In this document: piece after piece, positions 1 through 8,945 of the stretch
How the letters are laid out: each line of letters begins with the position of its first letter
Numbering within the stretch: the first letter of the stretch is position 1
IMG/VR virus record: IMGVR_UViG_3300042992_000089
DNA from: a virus
Taxonomy: Duplodnaviria; Heunggongvirae; Uroviricota; Caudoviricetes
Strand: one strand, 5' to 3'
DNA length: 64,000 nt
The notes under the pieces: generated by a model
The model's input: the letters and a program-made list of their open reading frames with translations, nothing else
What the model was told of the DNA's origin: nothing
Database searches by the model: none
Position numbers and translations under genes: made by a program

Positions 1-2
1 CA

Positions 3-1688
3 TCTGGTTCATCAGCTACATCTGGTTCATCAGGCACTGGAGGAACTAGTGGATCTAGTGGCACATCAGGTAGCTCTGGTCTTGCTGGTGATAGATATGC
101 TACCTTCTCAACTACACCTTTTACTTTAGGTAATGCAGGTACAATAACAGTAGGAACTGGCTTAGCATACACAGTGGGTCAATCTGTGCTCATAGCAAAT
201 AATCAATTTAATTATCAACATAGCGTAGTTATTTCATATATTTCTGGAACAGGAGCTTTACAATTTGCAGCACCTGATGTATTAGTAGGATCTGGAACAT
301 ATTCTATCTGGTCTGTTAACCTTGTAGGTGCAGCAGGTGGTGATGGTTCTAGTGGAACATCAGGCTCTTCTGGTACCTCTGCTACAAGTGGGTCTTCTGG
401 CTCAAGTGGTAGTTCAGGTACAAGTGCTACTAGTGGATCTAGTGGAACTAATGGAAGCTCAGGAACATCTGCATCTTCAGGTACTTCTGGCTCATCAGGT
501 ACTGATGGTAGTTCTGGAACTGCTGGTACTTCTGGTACCTCTGGCACAGCTGGTTCTAATGGAACATCAGGAACAAATGGTACTGATGGTAGCAATGGTA
601 CATCTGGTACCTCTGGAACAAATGGTTCATCTGGAACTGATGGTTCATCAGGTACTAATGGATCTTCTGGAACAAGTGGAACGTCTGCATCAAGTGGAAC
701 GAGTGGAACAAGTGGTACAAGTGGAACTAATGGAACATCTGGATCGTCTGGTAAAGATGGTAGTACAGGTGCAGCTATTGCTAACTGGTATGGAGAGTTC
801 TCTAGTACACAAACACAACCATTGCTTGGAGTGAATACTCCTACAATATGGACGTTTGACACTACAAGTTTATCTTATGGTATTTCTGTAGTGGCTAGCT
901 CAAGAGTAACAGTTTCACATCCTGGTCAATATGAATTCATCTTCTCAGCACAGGTTAGTAAAACAACATCTCCAATTGCTGAGGTACAGATATGGCCTAG
1001 AATCAATGGCTTTGATGTAGCTAATTCAAATTCATTTATAGAAATACAGCAAACAGAGGTGGAATACATTCCTACTATTGCTTATATATTTAATCTACAA
1101 GCTAATGATTATGTACAGTTTGTCTTTGCATCTGCTGATTCAACAGTTCAACTTGTTGCTAAACCTGCACAAGTTTCTCCTTATGCATCTCCAGCTGCTC
1201 CTTCAATAATATTAACTGCTAAGCAAGTGGGTGTTGCTGTTTCAGGTACATCTGGTACAAGTGGAACAACTGGCACATCTGGTACTTCTGCATCAAGTGG
1301 AACTTCTGGATCTTCTGGAACAAGTGCTAGCTCAGGTACATCAGGTACAGATGGTAGCTCAGGCACTGCAGGTACTAGTGGTAGCACAGGTACATCAGGT
1401 ACTGCAGGTACGTCAGGATCATCTGGAACTTCAGCTAGCTCTGGTAGTGATGGATCATCTGGCACTAGTGGCACTGATGGAAGTTCTGGTACGAGTGGAA
1501 CGAGTGGAACTAGTGGAACTGATGGGTCTTCTGGAACAGCAGGAACAACAGGTACAGCAGGAACAACAGGAACTAGTGGTACTGTAGGTACATCTGGAAC
1601 ATCAACAACAAGTCTTGGTACAAGTGGAGATTCAATCACTATACCTCCTTCAGAAGGAACTACAACTACAACAACCACTGCACCTTAA
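3..1688 (+). CDS. Collagen-like fiber protein, 5' partial. Gly-X-Y tracts (X,Y = S/T/D/A/N) flank a central C1q/BclA-like jelly-roll domain; poly-Thr C-terminal tail.
   Basis: The open frame is unbroken from window position 3; the GTG at 174 in the ORF track is internal. It reads [16 protein letters not shown]... with Gly at every third residue. The central segment IANWYGEF...PGQYEFIFSAQV...NDYVQFVF...QVG has a C1q/TNF-like pattern that also closes the 16891 ORF. The protein ends TTTTTTTAP. Confidence 0.75.
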   Translation, partial: SGSSATSGSSGTGGTSGSSGTSGSSGLAGDRYATFSTTPFTLGNAGTITVGTGLAYTVGQSVLIANNQFNYQHSVVISYISGTGALQFAAPDVLVGSGTYSIWSVNLVGAAGGDGSSGTSGSSGTSATSGSSGSSGSSGTSATSGSSGTNGSSGTSASSGTSGSSGTDGSSGTAGTSGTSGTAGSNGTSGTNGTDGSNGTSGTSGTNGSSGTDGSSGTNGSSGTSGTSASSGTSGTSGTSGTNGTSGSSGKDGSTGAAIANWYGEFSSTQTQPLLGVNTPTIWTFDTTSLSYGISVVASSRVTVSHPGQYEFIFSAQVSKTTSPIAEVQIWPRINGFDVANSNSFIEIQQTEVEYIPTIAYIFNLQANDYVQFVFASADSTVQLVAKPAQVSPYASPAAPSIILTAKQVGVAVSGTSGTSGTTGTSGTSASSGTSGSSGTSASSGTSGTDGSSGTAGTSGSTGTSGTAGTSGSSGTSASSGSDGSSGTSGTDGSSGTSGTSGTSGTDGSSGTAGTTGTAGTTGTSGTVGTSGTSTTSLGTSGDSITIPPSEGTTTTTTTAP

Positions 1689-1712
1689 TAATAAATAAAT
1701 AAAGAAATAAAA

Positions 1713-4547
1713 ATGCCTTATAGTAACATTACAATAACCATTCAGACAGGTCTTACGTTTATTCCTGGACAATATGTCCAAGTGATACATGATGAGAACA
1801 ACTATATGTTTGGTCAAGTTGTATCATATAATTCAGGAACAGGACAATTCATATTTGAACCAGTTAGTTATTTAGGAGCTGGTACATTTACTAGTTGGAC
1901 TGTTGTAACTTCAGCTGCTCCTGGTGAGGATGGAACAAGTGGTACGTCTGGAACTGCTGGATCTAGTGGTTCAACAGGAACCTCAGGTTCTAGTGGAACT
2001 GATGGTAGTTCAGGAACAAGTGGAAGTGCAGGTACTAGTGGCACTGATGGCTCTAGTGGTACATCAGCATCTTCAGGAACAAGTGGATCTTCAGGAACTG
2101 ATGGTTCATCTGGAACATCTGCTACGTCTGGATCTACTGGTACAAGTGGATCGAGTGGATCAAGTGGTTCATCTGGTAGCTCAGGTACTTCTGCTTCTAG
2201 TGGATCTTCTGGCACATCTGGAACAGATGGATCTAGTGGTACATCAGGAACAGATGGCTCAAGTGGAACTGCAGGAACTACTGGTACATCAGGTACGAGT
2301 GGTAGTGATGGTTCTTCTGGTACAAGTGCAACAAGTGGCTCATCTGGTACGTCAGCTTCTAGTGGTTCCTCTGGAACTTCTGGTTCAAGTGGTAGTGCAG
2401 GTACTGCAGGTCTTTCTGGAGACTTATATAAAACAACATCAACTACATCATTAGCAATAGGAACAGGTACAAAGAATCTTACTGTTGGTACAGGTTTATC
2501 TTACACAGTGGGACAGGTTGTAGTTCTTGCTTATGATCTAAGCAATAGCATGGGTGGTGATATTATATCTTATAATTCTGGATCAGGTGCAATGTCTGTA
2601 AACGTAACTGCTACTACTGGTAGTGGTACTTATGCAGCATGGGATGTAAACTTAGGTGGTGCTGCTGGAGGTGATGGATCTTCAGGTACTAGTGGTGCAG
2701 ATGGTATTGATGGTAATCTTGCTATATGGAGATTCTCTACAAACACAGATACAAGCACAGACCCAGGTAGTGGATATTTTAGATTAAACTCTGCAACATG
2801 GGGAGCAAGCGTAACAGCAATTGCTATTGACAATCAATCATACTCTCCAAGCGTAAACTTTGGTACATACCTAGATACATTACAGAACAACTCTATTATA
2901 AAACTTGTATATGTTAGTGATAAGAATACATTCAAGATTTTAAGAATAGATGCTCTTCTTCCTAATCAAACAGGATTTGAAGAATTCACTGTAACACAAT
3001 TAGGATCAGGTGGTACAGATCCTAATGATAATGATCAATTCTATTTTGAATTTAATGGTATAAGTGGATCTTCTGGTACTTCAGGTACGAGTGGAACATC
3101 TGGCACTACAGGTACTAATGGTTCGTCTGGTACTGATGGTTCTTCAGGAACGTCAGGATCAAGTGGAACTTCAGCATCTAGTGGTACGTCAGCTTCCTCT
3201 GGTACATCAGGTACATCAGGCACTGATGGGTCTAGTGGAACATCTGCTTCTAGTGGATCAAGTGGTACTGATGGATCGTCTGGTACTTCTGGTACTGATG
3301 GCTCATCTGGTACAAGTGGATCGTCTGGCACTGATGGATCAAGTGGTACTAGTGGTACTTCTGCTTCTTCTGGAACTAGTGGTTCAAGTGGAACAGATGG
3401 CTCTAGTGGAACAAGTGGAACAACAGGAACAAGTGGAACATCAGGTTCTTCAGGTACTAATGGAAGTTCTGGTACATCAGCTTCAAGTGGTTCTTCTGGT
3501 ACAGATGGTAGTTCTGGAAAGAATGGATCATCTGGAACTAGTGCATCTAGTGGTACAAGTGGTACGAGTGGATCAAGTGGAAGTTCAGGAAGTAGTGGAA
3601 GCTCTGGAACTTCAGGATCTTCTGGTTCTTCTGGTTCTTCAGGCTCTTCTGGAAAGGCTGGTTCATCAGGTACATCTGGAGCCAATGGAGCTACAGGTCC
3701 TCAAGGTCCAACAGGTGGACCTGGCCCAACTGGACCACAAGGAGCAACTGGACCACAAGGTGCAACAGGTGGACCAGGCCCTACTGGTCCTCAAGGTGCA
3801 CAAGGACCACAAGGTGCAACAGGACCACAAGGACCTCAAGGTCCAGGTGGGCCTCCAGGACCAACAGGACCAACAGGACCACAAGGACCTACAGGTGTTG
3901 TTGGTGGATTGAGTCAAGGTGTACAAACATATGGTTCTGTTGTAACAACAACAGCTAATAATGGATGGGCTGGTTATCAAACAACAACAGCTGGTGTATA
4001 TCATCAATTGATGTCAGCTGGTGGTGATTATGGATTGTATTCTAATAGTTATAGCTGGGGACATTATTATAGTGCTGGTAACAATGGTTGGGGTATTCGT
4101 GGAAGCACCACTGTAAACTGGGCTGCTTGTACTACGAATGGTACAATGTATTATACATCAGAGTCTTATGCTACATATAATATGTTTGCTGTATCCTTTG
4201 TACCTACTTCTGATGTTAGACTTAAAGAAAACTTTGCTCCATTAGAAAACTCTCTTGATAAACTTAAAGGCTTACAAGGTGTATCTTATAACAGAATTGA
4301 AGATATTACTAAGAGAAGAGAGATTGGTTTTGTAGCACAAGAGGTTGAGAAAACATTGCCAGAGTTTGTACATTATCATGAAGATACAGATGTATATGGT
4401 ATTGCTTATGATAAGATGACAGCTTTACTTACAGAAGGTTTGAAAGAAGAAGATCAGAAAGTAGATGCTATAGAGGCAAGAGTCTTAACTTTAGAAGCCA
4501 AGATTGCAACATTAGAAACACGTTTAGGTAACTTAGAAAATATATAA
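1713..4547 (+). CDS. Tail fiber / collagen-like protein with a C-terminal intramolecular chaperone (peptidase S74-like) domain
   Basis: It has long GSS/GTS Gly-X-Y tracts and a true GPQ/GPT collagen tract ([25 protein letters not shown]...) at about 3690-3900. The C-terminal 112 aa, [29 protein letters not shown]...[15 protein letters not shown]...[10 protein letters not shown]...[18 protein letters not shown], match the self-cleaving endosialidase/tail-fiber chaperone signature (DxRLKxN ... GxIAQEV ... PE ... LLxEAIKEL ... coiled coil). A repeated 70-aa globular cassette sits at the N-terminus and again around residues 240-330. Confidence 0.8.
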   Translation: MPYSNITITIQTGLTFIPGQYVQVIHDENNYMFGQVVSYNSGTGQFIFEPVSYLGAGTFTSWTVVTSAAPGEDGTSGTSGTAGSSGSTGTSGSSGTDGSSGTSGSAGTSGTDGSSGTSASSGTSGSSGTDGSSGTSATSGSTGTSGSSGSSGSSGSSGTSASSGSSGTSGTDGSSGTSGTDGSSGTAGTTGTSGTSGSDGSSGTSATSGSSGTSASSGSSGTSGSSGSAGTAGLSGDLYKTTSTTSLAIGTGTKNLTVGTGLSYTVGQVVVLAYDLSNSMGGDIISYNSGSGAMSVNVTATTGSGTYAAWDVNLGGAAGGDGSSGTSGADGIDGNLAIWRFSTNTDTSTDPGSGYFRLNSATWGASVTAIAIDNQSYSPSVNFGTYLDTLQNNSIIKLVYVSDKNTFKILRIDALLPNQTGFEEFTVTQLGSGGTDPNDNDQFYFEFNGISGSSGTSGTSGTSGTTGTNGSSGTDGSSGTSGSSGTSASSGTSASSGTSGTSGTDGSSGTSASSGSSGTDGSSGTSGTDGSSGTSGSSGTDGSSGTSGTSASSGTSGSSGTDGSSGTSGTTGTSGTSGSSGTNGSSGTSASSGSSGTDGSSGKNGSSGTSASSGTSGTSGSSGSSGSSGSSGTSGSSGSSGSSGSSGKAGSSGTSGANGATGPQGPTGGPGPTGPQGATGPQGATGGPGPTGPQGAQGPQGATGPQGPQGPGGPPGPTGPTGPQGPTGVVGGLSQGVQTYGSVVTTTANNGWAGYQTTTAGVYHQLMSAGGDYGLYSNSYSWGHYYSAGNNGWGIRGSTTVNWAACTTNGTMYYTSESYATYNMFAVSFVPTSDVRLKENFAPLENSLDKLKGLQGVSYNRIEDITKRREIGFVAQEVEKTLPEFVHYHEDTDVYGIAYDKMTALLTEGLKEEDQKVDAIEARVLTLEAKIATLETRLGNLENI

Positions 4548-4549
4548 TT

Positions 4550-4945
4550 ATGTCAAAAGAATATAGATGGGGGATACAGGATTTAAAGATAGCTAAGTCT
4601 GCTGATGGATTAACAAATGTAATAAAGAAAGTTTATTACAGAAGAAGTCTTAAGCAAATTGTAAATGATATACAACATGATGTTCATTACTTTGGTGAGT
4701 TTAAATTAGCTCCTGCAAATCCTACAAGCTTTACAGAATATCAAAATCTCACTCAGGAACAAATATTTACATGGTTAGATGCTATTCTTCCTGTAGATTT
4801 TATAAACTCTAGGTTGGATGATTACATGGCTAAGAAGCTTGAGAAAGATGAACTTGAAGCATTCCAACTTCCTAATCGACTAGTCACTGAAGAAGTAGAT
4901 CCTACAAAACTTCCAAACTCACCAGGAGGTCAGATAGGAGAATAA
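4550..4945 (+). CDS. Hypothetical protein; position suggests a fiber-associated or assembly protein
   Basis: Its ATG overlaps the fiber gene stop (TAATTATG). I see no recognisable motifs. Confidence 0.5.
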   Translation: MSKEYRWGIQDLKIAKSADGLTNVIKKVYYRRSLKQIVNDIQHDVHYFGEFKLAPANPTSFTEYQNLTQEQIFTWLDAILPVDFINSRLDDYMAKKLEKDELEAFQLPNRLVTEEVDPTKLPNSPGGQIGE

Positions 4946-4952
4946 AACAATT

Positions 4953-4984
4953 TTTGGAAAGGGTGCAAGGATTAACTATCTTTG
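4953..4984 (+). promoter_or_regulatory. Candidate Bacteroidota-type promoter: TTTG -33-like element plus a TATCTTTG -7 box
   Basis: TATCTTTG at 4977-4984 lies 18 nt upstream of the ATG at 5003. TTTG at 4953-4956 lies about 21 nt further upstream. There is no SD. Confidence 0.35.
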
Positions 4985-5002
4985 TACCCTTAATTATTTA
5001 AT

Positions 5003-5605
5003 ATGAAAAACAAAACATTAGTCTTTCCTCAAAAAGAAATAGATGTTCAAAACTATTATTGGTTTAAACATGGATTTGATGATAATGCATTGAATCAAAT
5101 TTATCAAGATGTTGCCACTCTTCCTTTTATGGATGCTGGGACAGGAGATGATAATATTCAGGATAAGAAGGTAAGATCATCAAAGATAAAATGGATTCCC
5201 CAAGAAGATAAGTGGGAGTGGGTATATGCAAGATTAATGGGAATGATTGTCGAAGCAAATAAATCTTTATGGAACTTTGATTTACATAGTGTATTAGATA
5301 ATATTCAATATACAGAATATCATGCTGAGGATGGTGGACATTATGATTGGCATCAAGATCTTGGACCAGGTTGGTTATCAAGAAGAAAGATAAGCATCAC
5401 TGTACAATTATCTGATCCTAGTGAATATGAAGGAGGTGAATTAGAATATTGGAAAGGTGGTCCACCTGAAAATGCAGATAAAGCACCTAAAGGAAAAGGA
5501 GTTGTATTTATATTTCCTTCATACATGATGCACAGAGTGACACCAGTTACAAAGGGAGTGAGAAGATCATTGGTATTGTGGATAGGAGGAATTCCTTTTA
5601 AATAG
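5003..5605 (+). CDS. 2OG-Fe(II) oxygenase, prolyl 4-hydroxylase-like (P4Hc-like)
   Basis: It carries the HxD...H...RxS triad in canonical spacing: HYDWHQD, GGELEYW, PSYMMHRVTPVTKG, RRSLVLWI. Its size (200 aa) and layout resemble the small viral/bacterial P4H-like enzymes. Confidence 0.7.
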   Translation: MKNKTLVFPQKEIDVQNYYWFKHGFDDNALNQIYQDVATLPFMDAGTGDDNIQDKKVRSSKIKWIPQEDKWEWVYARLMGMIVEANKSLWNFDLHSVLDNIQYTEYHAEDGGHYDWHQDLGPGWLSRRKISITVQLSDPSEYEGGELEYWKGGPPENADKAPKGKGVVFIFPSYMMHRVTPVTKGVRRSLVLWIGGIPFK

Positions 5606-6689
5606 GAAGTTTAGACATAACATCATTTACTGAAATACTCTTATGACATTCAAAATGTCTAGGAGTATTTTCATTTTCAGGACACCACATCCAGTCTCCT
5701 TTGTTAAACTTGAACATAGGATTGTTCCAACATCCATTACATACATCCTTATTAGTTATGCGTATACAGTTGTTTTGAAACTCATGGTCTTCTGTTGTGA
5801 AGTTAGATATCATAACTCCTTGCTTACCTAATCCCCAATTGAGCCAACTGATTCCACTAGATAATCCTATGTATGTATCTGCATACCACAGATAGTTCAT
5901 TACATTCTCAAGAGATGTATCTTCTAACTTCTCTGCTCCATAGTCATCTGCTTCCTGAGATAGTTCAAACACTCTATATCCTTTAATCTTTAGTGTTTGT
6001 ATTAGTTCTGGCCAGTAATACCAGTGCTTACACTGAGCTGTAGATCTAGTGGAGATACAAATATATTCATTAACTGCAGGTCTTTCTTTAGGAGTGAATG
6101 CAATCCTAGGCTGTAACTCTTCATGCTCTAAGCACAAGATATTACTAGCTGCCTGTTGTAATGGTATAGTGGCAGGATGTACAGGTTCTTTTGATTCATC
6201 CCAATACCAGCCAATCTCCATCATTGCAATTATATTAGGAACAGACTGTCCTCTTCCTACAAACTCTAATTCAGGATATACATCTTTGAATAGTTCATTC
6301 CTGAACGTGGATACAATAACATGACAATCATACACTTCTTTAAACTTTAAACAATAGGGCATCCAGGCAATGCTATCTCCTAATGATTTACTTTCAAAAG
6401 ATATAAACACTCTCTTTCCTTTCACCTCATCTAATATGTTGATTTGCTTAACTGTACGTCCTTGGTATTTGACAAAGATGGCTATGTCAGATAGATACTT
6501 TCTATTAAGTCTAGCCCATGCTCCTGGCTTTAGTTTTGTTTCATAGATAGTTATGTGTTGATCTGTAAACATACCATCCACCTTACCTTTTCTATCTACA
6601 AACTGTATATCATACTCTCTATCTTTTCCTTCGTCTCCTGTTAGTTCAAAGTATAAACCATTAACATGGTGTAAGTTATATGTTATCAT
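5598..6689 (-). CDS. Glycosyltransferase, TibC/BAHT-like (autotransporter O-heptosyltransferase-like, GT9-related)
   Basis: It has the SLGDSIAWMPY...FKEVYDCHV motif typical of the TibC/AAH heptosyltransferase family, and a C-terminal Cys-rich CNGCWNNP...CPENE...CHK segment. Confidence 0.55.
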   Translation of the reverse strand: MITYNLHHVNGLYFELTGDEGKDREYDIQFVDRKGKVDGMFTDQHITIYETKLKPGAWARLNRKYLSDIAIFVKYQGRTVKQINILDEVKGKRVFISFESKSLGDSIAWMPYCLKFKEVYDCHVIVSTFRNELFKDVYPELEFVGRGQSVPNIIAMMEIGWYWDESKEPVHPATIPLQQAASNILCLEHEELQPRIAFTPKERPAVNEYICISTRSTAQCKHWYYWPELIQTLKIKGYRVFELSQEADDYGAEKLEDTSLENVMNYLWYADTYIGLSSGISWLNWGLGKQGVMISNFTTEDHEFQNNCIRITNKDVCNGCWNNPMFKFNKGDWMWCPENENTPRHFECHKSISVNDVMSKLPI

Positions 6690-7264
6690 TTCTCTGTATT
6701 AAAAAAGAATGTTTGAAATAGTCTACCATCTTGTAGATCTTTGCCAAAGTAATCCAAAGATACATGGAATAAGTCACCTCTATATAAAATAAGTCTGTTA
6801 TATACATTACCTATTCTATCTACCATCTCCCACTTTGTATAATCCATACCTTCAACATGTGGTGCTGCAGTTTTTGTTTCTTCTTCTGTATGTTCAGTAT
6901 ATATCCAATTCTTAAGACCTGTTTCTTTGTGTCTAAAGATACCTGTGCCTGAAGACAAAGGAGCATCAGGAGTAAGATAGCACACACCTGCCCAATTTGT
7001 AGTGCCATCACTGTGAATCCATGATCTATCTTGTGCTGTTGTGTATTGGAAAGCACCTGAATTATCATCTCCCCACCAAACTACATCACCTGCAAAGGGT
7101 CTAATATTATCTTGTATTATTTGTTTAATACTATCATTTAGAAAAGACTTAGTTCTTCTACCAGGATAGTTACCAGACTCACCAAATTCTTGACTCATAG
7201 CAAACGCTCTCACCTCATCTGGGTTATTGTAAAAGTCTGATATGGATAACATTTCTACTCTCAT
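6686..7264 (-). CDS. Hypothetical protein, possibly a cupin/2OG-oxygenase-like fold
   Basis: WIHSDG (HxD) and a later LFHVS His give a weak resemblance. Its start overlaps the neighbour in an ATGA arrangement. Confidence 0.3.
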   Translation of the reverse strand: MRVEMLSISDFYNNPDEVRAFAMSQEFGESGNYPGRRTKSFLNDSIKQIIQDNIRPFAGDVVWWGDDNSGAFQYTTAQDRSWIHSDGTTNWAGVCYLTPDAPLSSGTGIFRHKETGLKNWIYTEHTEEETKTAAPHVEGMDYTKWEMVDRIGNVYNRLILYRGDLFHVSLDYFGKDLQDGRLFQTFFFNTEK

Positions 7265-8283
7265 AAGTTGTTGTATGCGTTTATATATAATTGTCTTGTT
7301 CTGTCTGATGTATATCCTTCATTAATCTTCAGTATGTTATAATAATACTTAGCCAAGATTTTAGCTACATTGTCCCAGCTATATTCTTCACGTCTATCTA
7401 ATATAGCCTGTCTACGTTCTTCATAGTTGTGTATTACATTTACAATACCATCTACCACAGACTCTGTTGTAATTTTATTAATCACATGCATACCAGGGAT
7501 AGGTTTACTACCTCTATAAGTTCCCACAATAGGAACTCCACATGCTGTAGCTTCCATCAATGTTAGATTAGGATGTCCTGCTTCTAGCATAGATGGATGT
7601 ACAAAGATTGTACTAGATCTGTATAACTCTCTAGTCTCATCATCTGTAGGGTTTGTTAACTTTAAAGTTAACTTTGGATAATCCAATAGCTCAGAATGTA
7701 TCTCAAAGAACTTGTTGTTATCAGGATGCCCAGCTATTGTAATAGGTAGGTTTAATAACTTAGCTGCTTCTATACCAAATCTAAATCCTTTTCTATCATA
7801 TCCAGAATCACCTGCTAATCCATTGTTAGCTAACATTAATAAAGAGTGTGGTCTTGGTGCATAGTCAGGAGTAAAGAATTCTGTATTAGCCCCATGTGGT
7901 AGATAGAATAATTTATCTGTAGCATCAAAGTAATCTATAAGATATTCAGCATGCGTAAAAGATATAATGCTATGCTTCATAGCCTCTAGGTTTTGCTTAA
8001 ACACCCAGCTATCTTTACCATACCATTCTGTGTGGTGATCATGTAGAGAGTATACATAAGGTATACCTTTATCTCTACAATATAAAGCTTGATTAGCTAA
8101 ATGAGCATGAACAATTGTGTTAGGCCATTTCTCTAAGTCATTCATATATTTAACATCTACAACATGTCCTTGTTTCTCAAGGGCAACCTTATATTCCCAT
8201 GTAAGCCTTTCAACAGCTCCCCATCCATTTGGTGGTATGGTGATTAGTCCTGTTGCTACATGTACTGATTTTATTGGTTCCAT
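7261..8283 (-). CDS. Glycosyltransferase family 4 (GT-B fold)
   Basis: The C-terminal MEATACGVPIVGT matches the GT4 E-x7-E/ACG motif, and the N-terminal domain is typical of GT4. Confidence 0.7.
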   Translation of the reverse strand: MEPIKSVHVATGLITIPPNGWGAVERLTWEYKVALEKQGHVVDVKYMNDLEKWPNTIVHAHLANQALYCRDKGIPYVYSLHDHHTEWYGKDSWVFKQNLEAMKHSIISFTHAEYLIDYFDATDKLFYLPHGANTEFFTPDYAPRPHSLLMLANNGLAGDSGYDRKGFRFGIEAAKLLNLPITIAGHPDNNKFFEIHSELLDYPKLTLKLTNPTDDETRELYRSSTIFVHPSMLEAGHPNLTLMEATACGVPIVGTYRGSKPIPGMHVINKITTESVVDGIVNVIHNYEERRQAILDRREEYSWDNVAKILAKYYYNILKINEGYTSDRTRQLYINAYNNL

Positions 8284-8945
8284 TTGGTTCTAAATTTAAT
8301 TTCATCAATTCTAAACTTCCTTTCTTTCTCTTCACTCATACCTCCCACATTTAATGTTTCCATATGACAGACAATAGAATGTCTTACAAGAGCATGTTTA
8401 ATACCAGCCTGCTTTAGTCTTTCTGCATAGTCGTTGTCTTGATAGTACATATCAAACAACTCATCAAATGGTAAGATCTTATCTAGTGCAGACTTCTTAA
8501 TCACTGTACACCAACCTTGTAATGCTTCTGTCACAGCATAAGATTCATGATACTTACTATCAGTTCCTACAAAATGATTAGGGAACCATCTAGCATATAA
8601 CAATGGGTCTTTAGGAGAGAATGCTTCTATGTCTTCTCTGTAGTCATGTACCTTCATCATCTCTGAGAACCACCATCTTTCATAAGCTACATCATCATTA
8701 GATATAACCACCCAATCACCTTGGCAATATGTAAATGCTATGTTTAAAAACTTGTTGTAGTTAAAAGAATTCTCAGGATGTATATAGTTATGAATACGTG
8801 CATACCTATTTGGATCTTGTGTACCTGAGTCTACTAATTGCACACGAAACCTAAAGTCAATCTCACTATCATGCAATGTATCTATTGTACGTTGTGTCAG
8901 AGCCACATTAGTGCTATCTGTTAATATGATTACATCTATTGTCAT
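8271..8945 (-). CDS. Glycosyltransferase, GT-A fold (GT2-like)
   Basis: VVISNDDVAY is a DxD-like motif in a roughly 220-aa GT-A sized protein. Confidence 0.5.
   Translation of the reverse strand: MTIDVIILTDSTNVALTQRTIDTLHDSEIDFRFRVQLVDSGTQDPNRYARIHNYIHPENSFNYNKFLNIAFTYCQGDWVVISNDDVAYERWWFSEMMKVHDYREDIEAFSPKDPLLYARWFPNHFVGTDSKYHESYAVTEALQGWCTVIKKSALDKILPFDELFDMYYQDNDYAERLKQAGIKHALVRHSIVCHMETLNVGGMSEEKERKFRIDEIKFRTKWNQ

Noticed and set aside
215-4007. Numerous long ORFs on alternate frames and the opposite strand inside the collagen-like genes (215-862, 328-834, 1181-1678, 1231-1587, 1868-2215, 1924-2454, 3041-3685, 3064-3912, 3666-4007)
   Set aside because: They are shadow ORFs created by the GGN-AGY-periodic repeats. 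Their translations are low-complexity poly-P/V/L/Q with no independent start context.
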